Virus record (IMG/VR): IMGVR_UViG_3300020056_000011
Reading direction: 5' to 3' (one strand)
Length of the DNA: 64,000 bases
DNA from: an uncultured virus (IMG/VR IMGVR_UViG_3300020056_000011)
Lineage: Duplodnaviria > Heunggongvirae > Uroviricota > Caudoviricetes
This document shows positions 17,621 through 31,000 of the stretch, piece by piece. The notes below the pieces were generated by a model. The model did not search any database. It worked only from the letters and a program-made list of their open reading frames with translations, and was not told the origin of the DNA. A program made the position numbers and the translations under genes. The first letter of the stretch is position 1; every line of letters starts with the position of its first letter.

Positions 17621-20314
17621 ATGGCAACTAATTTAACTGAATATGTAAATCCTCAAAACTTCTCAACTGTCTGGATATATCACACCCCAGATTCAGATCT
17701 TGACGGAGATCAGAATCCCGAAGTTCCTTCGAATCTTCAGACACTATCATTTGTCAAAGGGACTTGGACTCTAGTAATAGATGGAGTGGTTAAAGTACAA
17801 AACGTAGCATTCAATGGAGCTCCAGAATTTTCTCAGCTCGATGGTTCAAAGTTTGTATTGGGGGATTTAATAGAAGATGAAATTTATACAAAAGTAACAA
17901 CAACAGCAGTCACAGTAGACAAAGATATTCCAGCACAAATCTTTGACGCGCAAATTGTAGGTAGTGGAAGAAATCCAACAACAGCATGGGTCGAAGGAAA
18001 TGCAGACGGAAGCTTTTCGGCGGCAGGGGATATTTGGAGCACTTTAACTGATGGTGAAACTTGGGGGATTATATACGATAATACAATATTAACTTCAAAT
18101 AATACCGCATTAACATATGATGGATATTATGATGGAGCTGTGGATAAACCATATTTTGAAGCTGCGGATGGCACACTATACATTAGATGGCAATCCTCAT
18201 ATTCTCAAGGCGGAGCAACTGCATATAAAGTTAAAAAAATAATTCCAGCTAGAGTTGAAACTGTTATTGAAAATCAGACAACTAATGAAGAAAGTAGATA
18301 TAAATTTTATAATGTAGAAGGAATTATTCCTTCAGAAGTAAATAATTTCCGAGCAAGAGCAGTAGTTGTTCTCCCGCATCACATATCTCAAAGAACTGTT
18401 GCAAAACGTCAAGGAAATTATTCTGGGCCTGCTCTGATTTTAGACACAAGCCACATGAGAGTTGTTTTGAACATGTCTCAGGCACTATTAGAAATCGAAG
18501 ATTTGAAAGAAAATTATGGAATCGAAGCAAGGGCTCATCCAGTTGAATTACAAATAGGAGCAGAATTCGTGCAAATCTCAAGCAATCAAGTTGTAGATCT
18601 TAATACTTTTGGAGCAGATCAAAATCATATTTTACAATATGACTCCATTACAGAAAGATATGAAACTAAAATTCCCAACACTTCTACTATTGTAGAGGGT
18701 ACAAATTTATATTATACAGATGGAAGAGTGCAAAATGTGGTTCGAAGCCAACTGACTACAGATGATGTAAAAGAAGGTGACAATAATCTTTATCTAAATG
18801 GAGCGGGAACAACTGACGATTTAACGGAAGGAACGGTTAAACTTTATCTAAATGGAGCGGGAACAACTGACGATTTAACTGAGGGATCGACTAATCTTTA
18901 CTATACAGCCGCAAGAGCAGATTCGCGTATTACAGCAATACTACAAGATGATGATACTTTTGCTGCTGCAAGTGCAACAAATATTGCTAGCAGTGAAAGC
19001 ATTAAGGCATATGTAGATACTGCAATTTCAAATCTTGTAGATTCTGCTCCAGACGCTCTCAATACACTAAATGAACTAGCTGCAGCAATTAATGATGACG
19101 CAGCTGTTTATGACACCATAATTGAGAGAATTACCACGCTCGAGACTGACTTATCAACAACAATTGATAATCTTACTATTACAACATACGGAGATACCGC
19201 ACCAACCGATCCACAACCGGGCGAACTTTGGTTTGATACTGCAACTGCCGGCGAATTGTTAATGTGGGATGGGTTTAGTTGGATACAATTAACTGGAGTT
19301 GTTGGTAGTCCAGCATCAGGCGGGGGTGGTGGTTCTACTGACTTGTCGGGATATGTAACAACCACTGCATTAAATACTGCAATCCAAGACATGGTAGAAT
19401 TTTCAGATTTATCTGTTGTAACTGCAACTGCTTCTGGTGGCGGTGCATTAGCGTATAGTGCTACAACTGGCCAATTTACATTCACTCCAGCGGTTGGGCC
19501 AGACTTAACTGGATATGCAACTGAAACATATGTCGATGATGCAATTTTAGAGATTACTGGAGCAACAGAAATTCCAGATGATATTAATGATTTGACGGAT
19601 GTTGATGGAATTATTCCAACTTCTCTTACAGATTTAGGCATCACAGATGGAACTAATGGTCAAGTTTTATCAACTGATGGAAGCGGAACATTTAGTTTTA
19701 TTGACACTGCTACTTCTCTTACAGATTTAGGCATCACAGATGGAACTAATGGTCAAGTTTTATCAACTGATGGAAGCGGAACATTTAGTTTTATTGACAC
19801 TGCTACTTCTCTTACAGATTTAGGCATCACAGATGGAACTAATGGTCAAGTTTTATCAACTGATGGAAGCGGAACATTTAGTTTTATTGACACTTCTTCT
19901 TCCGTTGTCTTTGGTGCGTGGAGTTCAACCGAAACCGTAAGTGCTACAGGTAGTAATAATGGCACCTCAAATAGTAGTGCAACAATACCATCTGGAACTA
20001 AAGGTATCCTAATAAAAGGAAGCACAAGCAGTCAAAACAATAGTCAAGGTCAGGGAAGGTTATTCGTAAATGGCACGCAAAGAGCGGCCGGATCAGTGCA
20101 GAACGACGGCGATGGAAGTGTAATCGATTTTGATTATTTAATTTATATTGATGCCACTACTGGATCGGGAACATATTTTCTCAATAGTAGAAATGTTACG
20201 GTGCCAGGCACAGCTTGGGTTGGTTCTGGTGCAGTAACTTCTATTCAAGTTCAGGCACAATCAACAAGTAGTGATAAAAACACCACCCACAGCACAAATA
20301 TATATTATTCATAA
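17621..20314 (+). CDS. Tail fibre-like virion protein
   Basis: TDDLTEG.TNLYYT repeats, DSAPDALNTLNELAAA, DTAP..P..GELWFD, 31-aa tandem repeats. Confidence 0.85.
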   Translation: MATNLTEYVNPQNFSTVWIYHTPDSDLDGDQNPEVPSNLQTLSFVKGTWTLVIDGVVKVQNVAFNGAPEFSQLDGSKFVLGDLIEDEIYTKVTTTAVTVDKDIPAQIFDAQIVGSGRNPTTAWVEGNADGSFSAAGDIWSTLTDGETWGIIYDNTILTSNNTALTYDGYYDGAVDKPYFEAADGTLYIRWQSSYSQGGATAYKVKKIIPARVETVIENQTTNEESRYKFYNVEGIIPSEVNNFRARAVVVLPHHISQRTVAKRQGNYSGPALILDTSHMRVVLNMSQALLEIEDLKENYGIEARAHPVELQIGAEFVQISSNQVVDLNTFGADQNHILQYDSITERYETKIPNTSTIVEGTNLYYTDGRVQNVVRSQLTTDDVKEGDNNLYLNGAGTTDDLTEGTVKLYLNGAGTTDDLTEGSTNLYYTAARADSRITAILQDDDTFAAASATNIASSESIKAYVDTAISNLVDSAPDALNTLNELAAAINDDAAVYDTIIERITTLETDLSTTIDNLTITTYGDTAPTDPQPGELWFDTATAGELLMWDGFSWIQLTGVVGSPASGGGGGSTDLSGYVTTTALNTAIQDMVEFSDLSVVTATASGGGALAYSATTGQFTFTPAVGPDLTGYATETYVDDAILEITGATEIPDDINDLTDVDGIIPTSLTDLGITDGTNGQVLSTDGSGTFSFIDTATSLTDLGITDGTNGQVLSTDGSGTFSFIDTATSLTDLGITDGTNGQVLSTDGSGTFSFIDTSSSVVFGAWSSTETVSATGSNNGTSNSSATIPSGTKGILIKGSTSSQNNSQGQGRLFVNGTQRAAGSVQNDGDGSVIDFDYLIYIDATTGSGTYFLNSRNVTVPGTAWVGSGAVTSIQVQAQSTSSDKNTTHSTNIYYS
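18788..18879 (+). repeat. Intragenic tandem duplication, 54-bp period
   Basis: CTTTATCTAAATGGAGCGGGAACAACTGACGATTTAAC at 18788 and 18842. Confidence 0.9.
19619..19894 (+). repeat. Three identical 93-bp tandem repeats (TSLTDLGITDGTNGQVLSTDGSGTFSFIDTA)
   Basis: Copies start 19619, 19712, 19805. Confidence 0.95.
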
Positions 20315-20340
20315 AGGATAGATAGAAAAAGGAGAAATAA

Positions 20341-20586
20341 ATGGCAGAGTTTCCTACAAATCCTTCTAATGGAGATAAACATACAATTGGTGTCAAAACT
20401 TGGGAATATAATGCAACCGATGATAAATGGGTTGTAGATCAGTTTGGATTGGAAAATTGGACAGTTTCACAAGACTCATCAAATAGACTACTATTTACAT
20501 ATAACGGCACATTAATGATGAGAATATCAACAACTGGTGATATTGAAACCAGAGGCAATCTCACTGCATTTTCGGATATGACATAA
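20341..20586 (+). CDS. Small virion/fibre protein (FP.NP..GD family)
   Basis: MAEFPTNPSNGD...WEYN...W N-terminus; GDIETRGNLTAFS C-terminus. Confidence 0.8.
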   Translation: MAEFPTNPSNGDKHTIGVKTWEYNATDDKWVVDQFGLENWTVSQDSSNRLLFTYNGTLMMRISTTGDIETRGNLTAFSDMT

Positions 20587-21395
20587 TGCCAATACAATCT
20601 TCTGGAGCTATATCAATACGAGATATCCAATTAGTTCATAATTCAGCTTCACCTACTTGGCAGAGGGTTTCATTCGAAGATTATTATAGAACAGTTGGAT
20701 ATGTTCAAGATTTGCCAGCGAATTCTGAGGTCCCAGAAATCCAAGGAGATCCCATAAGTTTTGATGATTTTTATGGAACGGAATCTCCAATTCCAGTTGA
20801 GTATGAATTAATTGGTGGTGGTGGAGGCGGTGGATCAGGAATGAATAATGGCCAAACTACAGTCGGCGTTACGGACGGAGAAACGGGTGGCGATAGCAGT
20901 ATTGTAATTGAACATACAGATGATAATGATGTTGTAACTACAATTTTATCAGTAACATCAAGTGGTGCCGAAGGAGGCATCGCGAGCTCGGTTGATCGGG
21001 GATCTTCTGACAGAACTGGTGACGCCTCTTATTATGGCTCTGGTGGTGCTGGCGGAGGATTAAAGTCCAATGGAGGCGGTGCGCCGGGCACAAGCTATGG
21101 CGCGGGGGGCGGTGGAGGCGGCGGCCGCGTCCAGACGAACTCATACGGAGGAATATACAATCGAGACCCAGCAGGAGAGGGCGGCGATGCAGCTATTCGG
21201 GAAGTGAGTTCTGAAAATTATGCCATAGAAATTCCAAGCGGTTCAATAATGACAATAGTAGTTGGAGCTCCTGGCCTTGGTGGGGTCGACGGTGGCACAA
21301 ATGGGGGAAATGGCGCTGGGGGATATGTTAAAATTACAATTAACAGCAACGAATATATATACTCGGCCGAAGGGGAATATACGGTGACATTATGA
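20586..21395 (+). CDS. Glycine-rich fibre tip/adhesin protein
   Basis: SSGAISIRDI N-terminus; GGGGGGG motifs, GAGGYVKI end. Confidence 0.75.
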   Translation: MPIQSSGAISIRDIQLVHNSASPTWQRVSFEDYYRTVGYVQDLPANSEVPEIQGDPISFDDFYGTESPIPVEYELIGGGGGGGSGMNNGQTTVGVTDGETGGDSSIVIEHTDDNDVVTTILSVTSSGAEGGIASSVDRGSSDRTGDASYYGSGGAGGGLKSNGGGAPGTSYGAGGGGGGGRVQTNSYGGIYNRDPAGEGGDAAIREVSSENYAIEIPSGSIMTIVVGAPGLGGVDGGTNGGNGAGGYVKITINSNEYIYSAEGEYTVTL

Positions 21396-21985
21396 TACAT
21401 TTATTTAATAAATTTTTTTTAACAGAATATGACTATTCGGATGCCACCGACTTGATATTTTCTTATAGGAATGGAGAATTTTCAATTTGTTTGATGGTTA
21501 AAGGATATAAGAATCTTGTAAAGGCAATTGGGATCGATAATGTGCCAAGAATATTCAAAGACAATCCAAATGAAGAAATAAAATATGGAGTAGATCTGGA
21601 AAGTTTATCCACAAATAAGAAGAGATTTTATACAACTGAATCAACGTGGAAGGATGTTGATTCAGAGGCTTATAGAGTTTCACATCAATCGATCACTGGA
21701 AGAGGATATTATATAAACAATAATGACAGAATATGGACAACAAAGATATACAAAAATAATATTGAAGATAGAATCAGTATAGATCGATGGAAACAAATGG
21801 GTACAAAAAATATAAAGGCTGCGTCAGATGAACCAGAACTGTTAGGGGAAGATTCTGATTGGAAGGGCCCGAAAGAAATTTTGAAAATTTGTTATGATAA
21901 TCGAATAGATTATATTGTTTATAAAAAGGTATTGAAAAATCAATCTTATGTTAGGGTTTTAATAAATCCCCAATCACACAAATAA
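21392..21985 (+). CDS. Hypothetical protein (possible fibre assembly factor)
   Basis: ATGA coupling; non-fibre composition. Confidence 0.65.
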   Translation: MIHLFNKFFLTEYDYSDATDLIFSYRNGEFSICLMVKGYKNLVKAIGIDNVPRIFKDNPNEEIKYGVDLESLSTNKKRFYTTESTWKDVDSEAYRVSHQSITGRGYYINNNDRIWTTKIYKNNIEDRISIDRWKQMGTKNIKAASDEPELLGEDSDWKGPKEILKICYDNRIDYIVYKKVLKNQSYVRVLINPQSHK

Positions 21986-22021
21986 TAAATAGAAGAAAAC
22001 ATTACAAAAAGGGCAAAAGAG

Positions 22022-25000
22022 ATGGCAGATACCAATCTTTCAACATCGATTAGTGGAATTCGTACAAGATTATTAAATGATATTCCTACAGCAACTGTAG
22101 ATGAACTTTTGGCACTTGCAAGGGCGGCAAAATCAGTTGGTTTGACTGAAGATACTGACATTGAAGCTGCAATTGATTCGAGAGCACAAACTCTATCTTC
22201 TGGTGCAACTACGGATGAAGTCATTAAACTGTCACAGGCCCTAAAACAAGTTAGAAATACTTCTCAATCTGCTCTTTCACCTTCCGTAACCTCTGATGAT
22301 ATCCTAGAAGGAATTTCCAACAAATATATGTCAGATGCAAATCTGCAATCATTGGGTTCTGCAATCATCCCTGCAACTAACGAAACTCTTGATTTGGGTT
22401 CTGCAACGAACAAATTTAGAGATTTATATCTGAGTTCAAACACATTGTATCTTGGAGAAACAACATTTAGTTCAGATGATATTCTGAACTTTGATCTTTC
22501 TGTAACACCAGAAACACTCGAAATTCAAGTAGATGATCCAACAGCAGGCCACGGAACGGCATGGCAGTGGACTTGGACACAATCCGCTTTGCCTTTTGCC
22601 AGACTTGCAATTACAAATTCACCACAAACCGTTGTTCCACTTTATTTGGAGGGAACATATCAAATCAATAACTTTGCACATACTGTTCATGGATCAATGA
22701 CGCAAAGGCACGATTTCAAATTGAAATGGATTGAGGGCGCTGGAGATGATAACCTTGTTCCTTGGGTAACTACATCAATTGTAAATGATAGTCACCCAGA
22801 CATCAACGGCGGGACTGCACAAGATGTTCAAAGACTTGCTGTGAGTGTTCCTTCTTCTATCACACTACCTACACTCGTTGCTCCGTCTGTTTCTTATGAT
22901 GTCACTTCTACCACAGGAGCTTATGTGTTTAGTGGTACTGCTAGTGGAAACAATCCAGAGATTGGGCCGTTTTATCGTGGTGGTACATATACTGTCAATA
23001 TCAATGCAGCTGGCCATCCATTCTACTTTACAACCGACAACGGCACCAATTTTTCAGCAGGAACATATTTTGGTGAATGGACTTCTGGTGTTACTGGTTC
23101 TAGAAATGAAACTGGAACAATCACATTTGTTGTGCCGTCAAACGCACCAGATATTCTATACTATCAGTGTGGAAATCATTCAAATATGCGTGGTATTATT
23201 CGCGTTAAGGATTTGGCAGTTGAAACAAACGCGAATGGCAACTATTTAATATATGGCCAGCACAACCAAGAAGGACATGTACAGACAATTGAACTTCGTC
23301 CTCTACCAACACTTACATCACAAATGTGTCTAGTGTATGATTCATCGACAAACAAGTTTGTACCACAAGACTTGGCAACATATGTAGAAAATACTCCAAG
23401 TTTTGAGAATAAGATTAAAGAAGTTGCTGGTACTGCAACTCTGATTGCACCAGATGGAACATCTTTGGTTGCATCTGTCAACATCTATAGTGATGCAACG
23501 TATCTTCCAGCCGTCGGAAACACAGTTGGTGACATTGCATTTGTTGAAGATACACAAAAACTCTATATCTATAAAACTACAGGATGGATTGAAACCGTTG
23601 CAAACGCAGACTTAACAGGTCTTGCAACAGAAACATATGTACAAAACTATGTTGCAAACAATGTCTCTGGTGGAAATGTTGTAGAATATACTTCAACAAA
23701 TACAGCTGCTGTAAATGATGTTGTAATGTTGAATACTGATGGAACTGTGACTGTAGTTGAACCTACAAATTATCCATTTATAGCGAATAAGGGTGAAAAT
23801 TACATTACCTCGGCAGGCACTGAAAATAATGCATCTGGAGAATCTGCAATTGTTGGGGGTTCTTCAACACCAGACAAATATTTCACAATGTGGGTAGAAA
23901 GTAATGGATGGAATGGTTGTATTCAAATAAACAACAGTGGAACCTTTTCGTATGGTACTGAATACCTCTTTAGCGATTATAATGCAGCTAACGGTACTAG
24001 AGGATTAAGTACCACTCAAGGAGAAGAACCATATATTCTTTTTAGTTCTGTCGATCCAGATAGAATTTTAGTTATAGGCAAGTCCACATCTGCAACTGGA
24101 CACCAAGTTATGTCATTGCAGGGTACAGTTAGTGGAACTGCTGTTACTTGGGATGGAACTTACATTACACATCCAGATTACAACACCGAAGGTTATTCTT
24201 CTGGCTCTCAAAGATTCCAATACGATTATGCTGGAAGTACTCCAGGCACAACAGACAAATTTATCATGGAATATAGTGATGCTAGCGGAAACAAAAAACT
24301 CGTTAGAATCGAATGGGACGGAACCACACTAACATATGGCGATCCCGTTGATGTTACTGGAAAATCAGGATTTTCTTTTGACCACAATACTGAAGGTAAG
24401 TTTATTGCAAAAGATGGAACTACATCGATCGTCGCAGGTATTGTTGACTGGGATACTCAAACCGCAACTTTTGGTGGTAGTTTCAATCTAAATTCAATTG
24501 CTACAGCAGTAGGAATTGATCCAATCAGTGGAAATGCTGTTGCGGCATATCGAGTCAATCTCTCGTTTTATCCAAATTCTAACTCATATCTACGACAATT
24601 CTCCATTGATAGTAATCACACTCTCACTTCTGTGGGAAGTACAGTTACATGGGACACTACCGCAAATAGCTATAACGGTACTCCATACGACCTTAAATTT
24701 GCCAAAAAATCTAGTACATTCATGGTTTCATACGATGACAAAAGCAACTATACCTTAGAGTCTTTTTATGAAATATGGGATGTGAATGGGACAAGTATTA
24801 CAAACACTGCCGGGGCCGTTCAAACAAGTGGATGGAGTCATTCTTCAGTTCCGTTACAATTTGATAATCCACATCAATCGGGACAGTTTTCAATTTCTTG
24901 GAAAAATAGGAGATATGATAGTGGAAACTATAGACATGAATATAGAGTAAAACATCTTCAGTTTCCTTATGGAGAGTCCAACCTAGATGCATCTAAAGTT

Positions 25001-28000
25001 CATGGTATTGCAGCAACTGCCGGAACAACTATTGATGTAACTTTGGAGTTTGGAATTCATACAGGACTTTCTGGACTTACTACTGGGTCAACATATTATG
25101 TAATAGACAATGGAACTTTGGCGACGGCACCAGACTCTAAAAATGCCAAACTTGGTGTTGCTATCAATGCAACATCTCTTGCATTAGATTTTACTGACGA
25201 ACTTACAAGTGCAGATTTAGGTACATATGCGACAAAATCATATGTCGGTCAACAAATCACGGCGGCAGGTAGTTATAGCGATGCAAGTGTAGATTTACAT
25301 CTAAACCAAAGTACAGCGACATCAAATGAAGTTTTAAGCTGGAATGGTACAGATTATGAATGGGTAGCACAACCAACAGATAATAATCAGTTGGCTAATG
25401 GTGCCGGATATATCACCGCTGCCGATATTCCAAACACCAATATCGTAGAATATACATCTACATCTTCTGCATCTGTAAATGATGTTGTAATGTTAAATAC
25501 TGATGGAACTGTGACTCCAGTTGAAGTTGCAACTTCTCCAGAGCAACTTACAAATCAAGGTTATAATGGGTCATATCAACAACTTCTTCCAAATAATGAA
25601 GGCTACACTATTAGTAATACTAATGGTTTGGTCGCAGCTCATGTTGGATATTGGTTATTTCCAACACAAACTGATAACAAGTACATCTCTGTAGCCTTTG
25701 ATGAGGCGCCTGGCAGTATTTTTGAAATGAAAATTGTTTCTGCTGAATATAATAGTTCAACTGAGACTTGGACTTATGGAACCGAATATCAAGATCTTGC
25801 CTCATTGGGGAACTCATTGGGACTTGCTACATCAGATAATCCGTATGTGATTGGAAGTCCAGACAATCCAGATAAATTTTTAATTTTAGGGCCGAAGAAG
25901 AATGGAGGATCATCAGATTTAATTATTCATGCCGTAGGCACAATGGGTGGCGTTGGAATCACTTGGAGTGATACAGGAACTAATAGTTCTAACAGCGGAC
26001 CTACCTATAATTCTCGACTCGATCATATTAATTGGTACTATGACCATGCCGGAAGTACTGCCGGTTCTTACAAAATCATCGGCGCATACAGAGACAATTC
26101 TAGTAATTGTAGAATATTTAGAGTTACGTGGGATGGAAATGCTACAATCCAATATAGCGATGATTTTGCTATACCACATCCTATCGATAGTAGATCATTG
26201 GACTTCTCAAAACTCACAGAGGGTAGATTTGCAGGAGTTGATGCCTCTGGAAATCTCAGAATTGGTGATATAGATTGGGGTACAGGAAATATTACTGTCG
26301 GAACAGCATATGGATTGACTTCGTTCAACACAAATTTTGGTACTGACGCACCAGCGCATGTGGCATGGAGAGATTCTAGTGAACATTTTGTTGTTGCTTG
26401 GAGTGTTGGTGGAGGAAGTAACAGTCTAAAACTTAGAGCATTTTCGACAACAGGAAATTCAGCAGTGGCGGAAGGCTCAGAATACTCACTAGGCTATAAT
26501 CAAGGTGGAACTTATGGCCATCTTTCTGGAAATATGGCATTCTACAAGAACAGTAATATGTTTGCACTAACTAACGCAGGGTATTATTATCTAAACAATA
26601 CTAGTAACAGTAAGGATGGTTCGTTCATAACCCATTTCTCAGTAAATTCATCTTTAAATATAGTTATTGGTACAAGTAGAGTTACGCACGGCAACAACTC
26701 TTATGCAAAGAACACTGGATTTGGATATCCAGGCAAAATACAAATGGATCCTTTCAGGAGTGCTAAAGGATCAATATCGGCGCCAGGCAACACAAATGCA
26801 ACCAGTTTGGTTGTTAAATTGTTTGCCCAACCAACTCAAGGTGTATATACAGAATCCAATCTAGATGCATCTAAAATTCATGGTATTGCTGCGTCTGCTG
26901 GTACAACAATTGATGTCACTGTAGAGGGAGGTATTCATACTGGACTTTCTGGTTTGACAGCTGGGTCAAAATATTATGTATTATCAGATGGTAGTCTTTC
27001 GGCAACTCCAGATACAAACAATGCTAAAGTTGGACTTGCTATGTCAAGCACAACACTTGCTGTTGATCTTTTAGATGAATTAACTGATGCAAGTCTTGCT
27101 ACCTATGCAACAAAAGCATATGTAGACACTTCTGTAGCAAACCTAGTAGATTCTGCCCCAGCAACACTTGATACACTCAATGAACTGGCTGCTGCACTAG
27201 GAGATGACGCTAATTTCTCCACAACGATTACTAACTCACTGGCAAATAAACTAGAAGCATCCGATTTGAATGGATATGCAACCGAAACTTATGTTAACAA
27301 TCAAATCACAGCCGCTGGTAGTTATAGCGATGCAAGTGTAGATTTACATCTAAATCAAAGTACAGCGACAACCGATCAAATGCTTGTGTGGGATGGTTCT
27401 GATTATGCTTGGAGCACTCCAGCTGAGAAAATCAATATCGAAGGTGGTTTTGCCGATATGGACGCAACAAATGACCAAGGGCAATCGCAGAATATTAATT
27501 TACTATCGTCCGAGGGAAGTTTACATATCAACGAAACAGATACATTTGATATCAATGGAAATCTAATGTATGCGGCTGGTACTGCAATACGTTTTCAAGC
27601 AGAAATGTTTGGTTCTGGTATATATTACACATTAGCAACGCCATGGGATACGAGCAGTACATGGACGCATGTTGGTAGTTCGTACATTAGACCATCAACA
27701 AGTGGTAATTATTATGGCAGTGCAAGTACAGATGCCAAACCCACAACATATAGAATTTCATACGATGGAATCAAAGCGTTTGTTCTTGATAGACAAGATA
27801 CACAAAACAATAGTAGCGGCGCAATTTACACATATTCAGGTTCCGGCTTCAATAATATCATCAGGCCTCCCAACGATGGTGTTTCCGGCAACGCTTGGTA
27901 TCAACCATTTAATACATACACCACAAACGAATTTCCTCTGTGGGATTTTAGGTTCTCGCAAGATGGAACTAAAATCTATCTTACATTTCAAAGTAATACT

Positions 28001-31000
28001 GGAAACTCAGATCCAAATGAAATTCAAAGATTTGATTTAACAACTGCTTGGGATTTATCAACAGCATCAGCGAGTGCAGTACAAACTCTAGCAACTCCAA
28101 CCACAGGACATTCGGGGGCAAGATTTGCAATTAGCCCTGATGGTAAAACCGGCGCATTTATAAAAAATGGTGTCGATATTGTTTACTACACAACTTTCTC
28201 AACAGCGTTTGATTTAACAACAGCCAGTTCTTGGAGTCAATGGCCCGCATCTATTCATGGTGGTAATGGCCCAGCAGATATATTCTTCAAACCAGACGGT
28301 ACAAAACTATACATTATGTCTGATAAGGGCTCCTATGGGGGGAGAATTTTTCAATATGACATACCAGTAAGTGATTTTGCAGCAGTAGCAACATCTGGTA
28401 ACTATAATGACTTATCTAATACACCATCTCTTGCAACAGTTGCAACATCTGGTTCATATAATGACTTAACCAATACACCAACAATTCCAACAAACAACAA
28501 TCAATTGACTAACGGTGCTGGTTATATTACGGCATCTGATGTACCAAATCCTAGTGTTGTAGAATATACATCAACAAATACAGCTGCTGTAAATGATGTT
28601 GTGATGCTGAATACTGATGGAACTGTGACTGTAGTTGAACCCACAAACTATCCATTTGTTCGTGTTTCTGCAAACAACGCTCAAATGACAAGTGGTTTCG
28701 GGGGTGCGAGTTCCTATGTTGGAACGATTGCACACCACTCCACAAGAGAAAAAGCAATGTTACTTTTCCCGGGCGGCACTGGGCATTCGGATAACAACAT
28801 GCTTGTTCCATTTATTAAAAGCGGTTCTACTATTAGTGCTGGGACTGCCTTCGCAAGCGGAAACCATTTATCCATCAGAGACCCACACGCATTTTTTGGA
28901 CCAGCAGGAACATACGAAGATACTTTCATTTATCTTGCTGCTTCAAGTAATGGAAACTCTATTTTAAAAGTAGGTACTATCACAGGCACAACAGTAAATG
29001 GACTATCCAATCTTTCGGGTGGAAATGGATCTGTTAGTATAGGGCACAGCGGCAATAGATGCCTATTTTATCATGGTGGATTTAGTGGTGATGTATTAAC
29101 TCTGTATGCAAAATTTCCAAATTCAAACAATAAAGCTGCTTTAAGAAAATTTACTTATGATTTTGCAACTGAAACTTTCGATACTAGTTATCCAGAAATT
29201 GAAACTTCATCTTCAGAAGTATTTGAATGGGAACATACAGCAGTTGATCCAGCAACCCCAACAAGAATTGCTGTTTACAGACAAGAAGGGTCTGGCGCCA
29301 CACGAAAAGGTATTATTAAATTTGCGACAGTAGATTGGGATATTGGTACTATAGTCCTTGGGCCGCAAACAGATTTGTTTACAAGATCTGGAACACATAG
29401 TGTAGGTGCAAGCGAAATTCAAAACCATCAGGAATTCCACCCAACAAACGGACTACTTGCTACAGTCACAACTACTCCGGCTGATGGTGGTGGAGATGCT
29501 CCTTATAGACTGAAGATGGCGCTATATAGTGCAGATGCGAATCTAAATGTAACAAATGTATCTGGTAATATTACAATACAGGGTGGCGCCAATGTCCAAG
29601 TCGGAAAGGTTCGTGGAAATATCTGTTGGACAAAGGGCAGCAATACTGGAAGTTCTCCAAATGCACCCACATTGATTATTCCTTGGTGGAATACAAATGA
29701 TACCTATCCAGTAACTAGATATTATCATTTTGACAATTCTGGAAACTTGGTCAGTTCCAATGACAGTCAGATCAATGGGCCTGATGACTTTCCTCAAAAC
29801 ATTAACAAATGGATTTATTCAAGTCCCTTCAATGATGGAGATACAGCAGCATATACATTAGCTAGCAACTATCCAGAAGTAGTTATGACACAAGGTGCAT
29901 ATGGTGAATCTAACTTTGATGCAACTAAATTACATGGGGTTGCAGCATCAGCAGGAACAACTATTGATGTAACATTAGAGTATGGAATTCATACAGGACT
30001 TTCTGGACTTACTACGGGAACAAAATATTTTGTAACAGATGGCGGTGGAATTTCAACTAGCGGTGTTGCAAAACTTGGTACTGCTATCAATGCAACATCT
30101 CTTGCTCTAGATTTTGCTGATGAACTTACAAGTGCAGATTTGGGTACATATGCAACAAAAGCATACGTTGCATCACAAATTCCATCTCTTACTGGATATG
30201 CAACTGAAACTTATGTAGATACTTCTGTAGCAAACCTTGTGGATTCTGCTCCAGCAACACTTGATACACTCAATGAACTGGCTGCTGCACTAGGAGATGA
30301 TCCTAACTTTGCAACAACTATCACCAATCAAATTGCTTCAAAAGCAAATGCGTATAGTACTGTGACAGTGACTGCATCTGGTGGATATTTCTACATTGAT
30401 GGAATTCAACAAGCAACTCTTTCATTTGAGCCTGGCAGAACTTATCGTTTTGATCAATCAGATGCCTCAAATGGATCACATCCACTAAGATTCTCAACAA
30501 CCTCTGATGGCACTCATGCCAGCGGTGTTGAATATACGGTAGGAGTTACTACAAACGGAACTGCTGGTTCTGCCGGTGCATATACTGAAATTGCAATCAC
30601 ACACGCAACACCAGATTTATATTATTATTGTACAAATCATAGTGGAATGGGCGCCGGTTCTGTTGTTGGAAACTTCTCAGGTTCATATTCAGATCTTACT
30701 GGAACCCCAACTCCATATTCAGATAGTATGGTAGATACACATCTCAATCAATCTTCAGCGTCTACAGGACAAGTATTGTCTTGGAATGGTTCTGATTATT
30801 CTTGGGCAGATGTTGCTGGTGGTGCAACCACATCTGATACTGCACCAACTTCACCAAGTGCTGGAGAGTTCTGGTTCAAATCAGATTCAGCTGATTTGTA
30901 TTTGTATTACACTGATGCTGATAGTTCTCAATGGATACAAGTTGGTGGTGCTGCTGCTAGTACTACAACTGGTTCTTCAAGTTCTTCTTCAACAACTCCA

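Noticed and set aside
19619..19894. CRISPR array
   Set aside because: Head-to-tail in-frame repeats without unique spacers
23677..30300. Diversity-generating retroelement template/variable repeats
   Set aside because: Differences between repeats look mostly synonymous and not adenine-specific; no reverse transcriptase in the window
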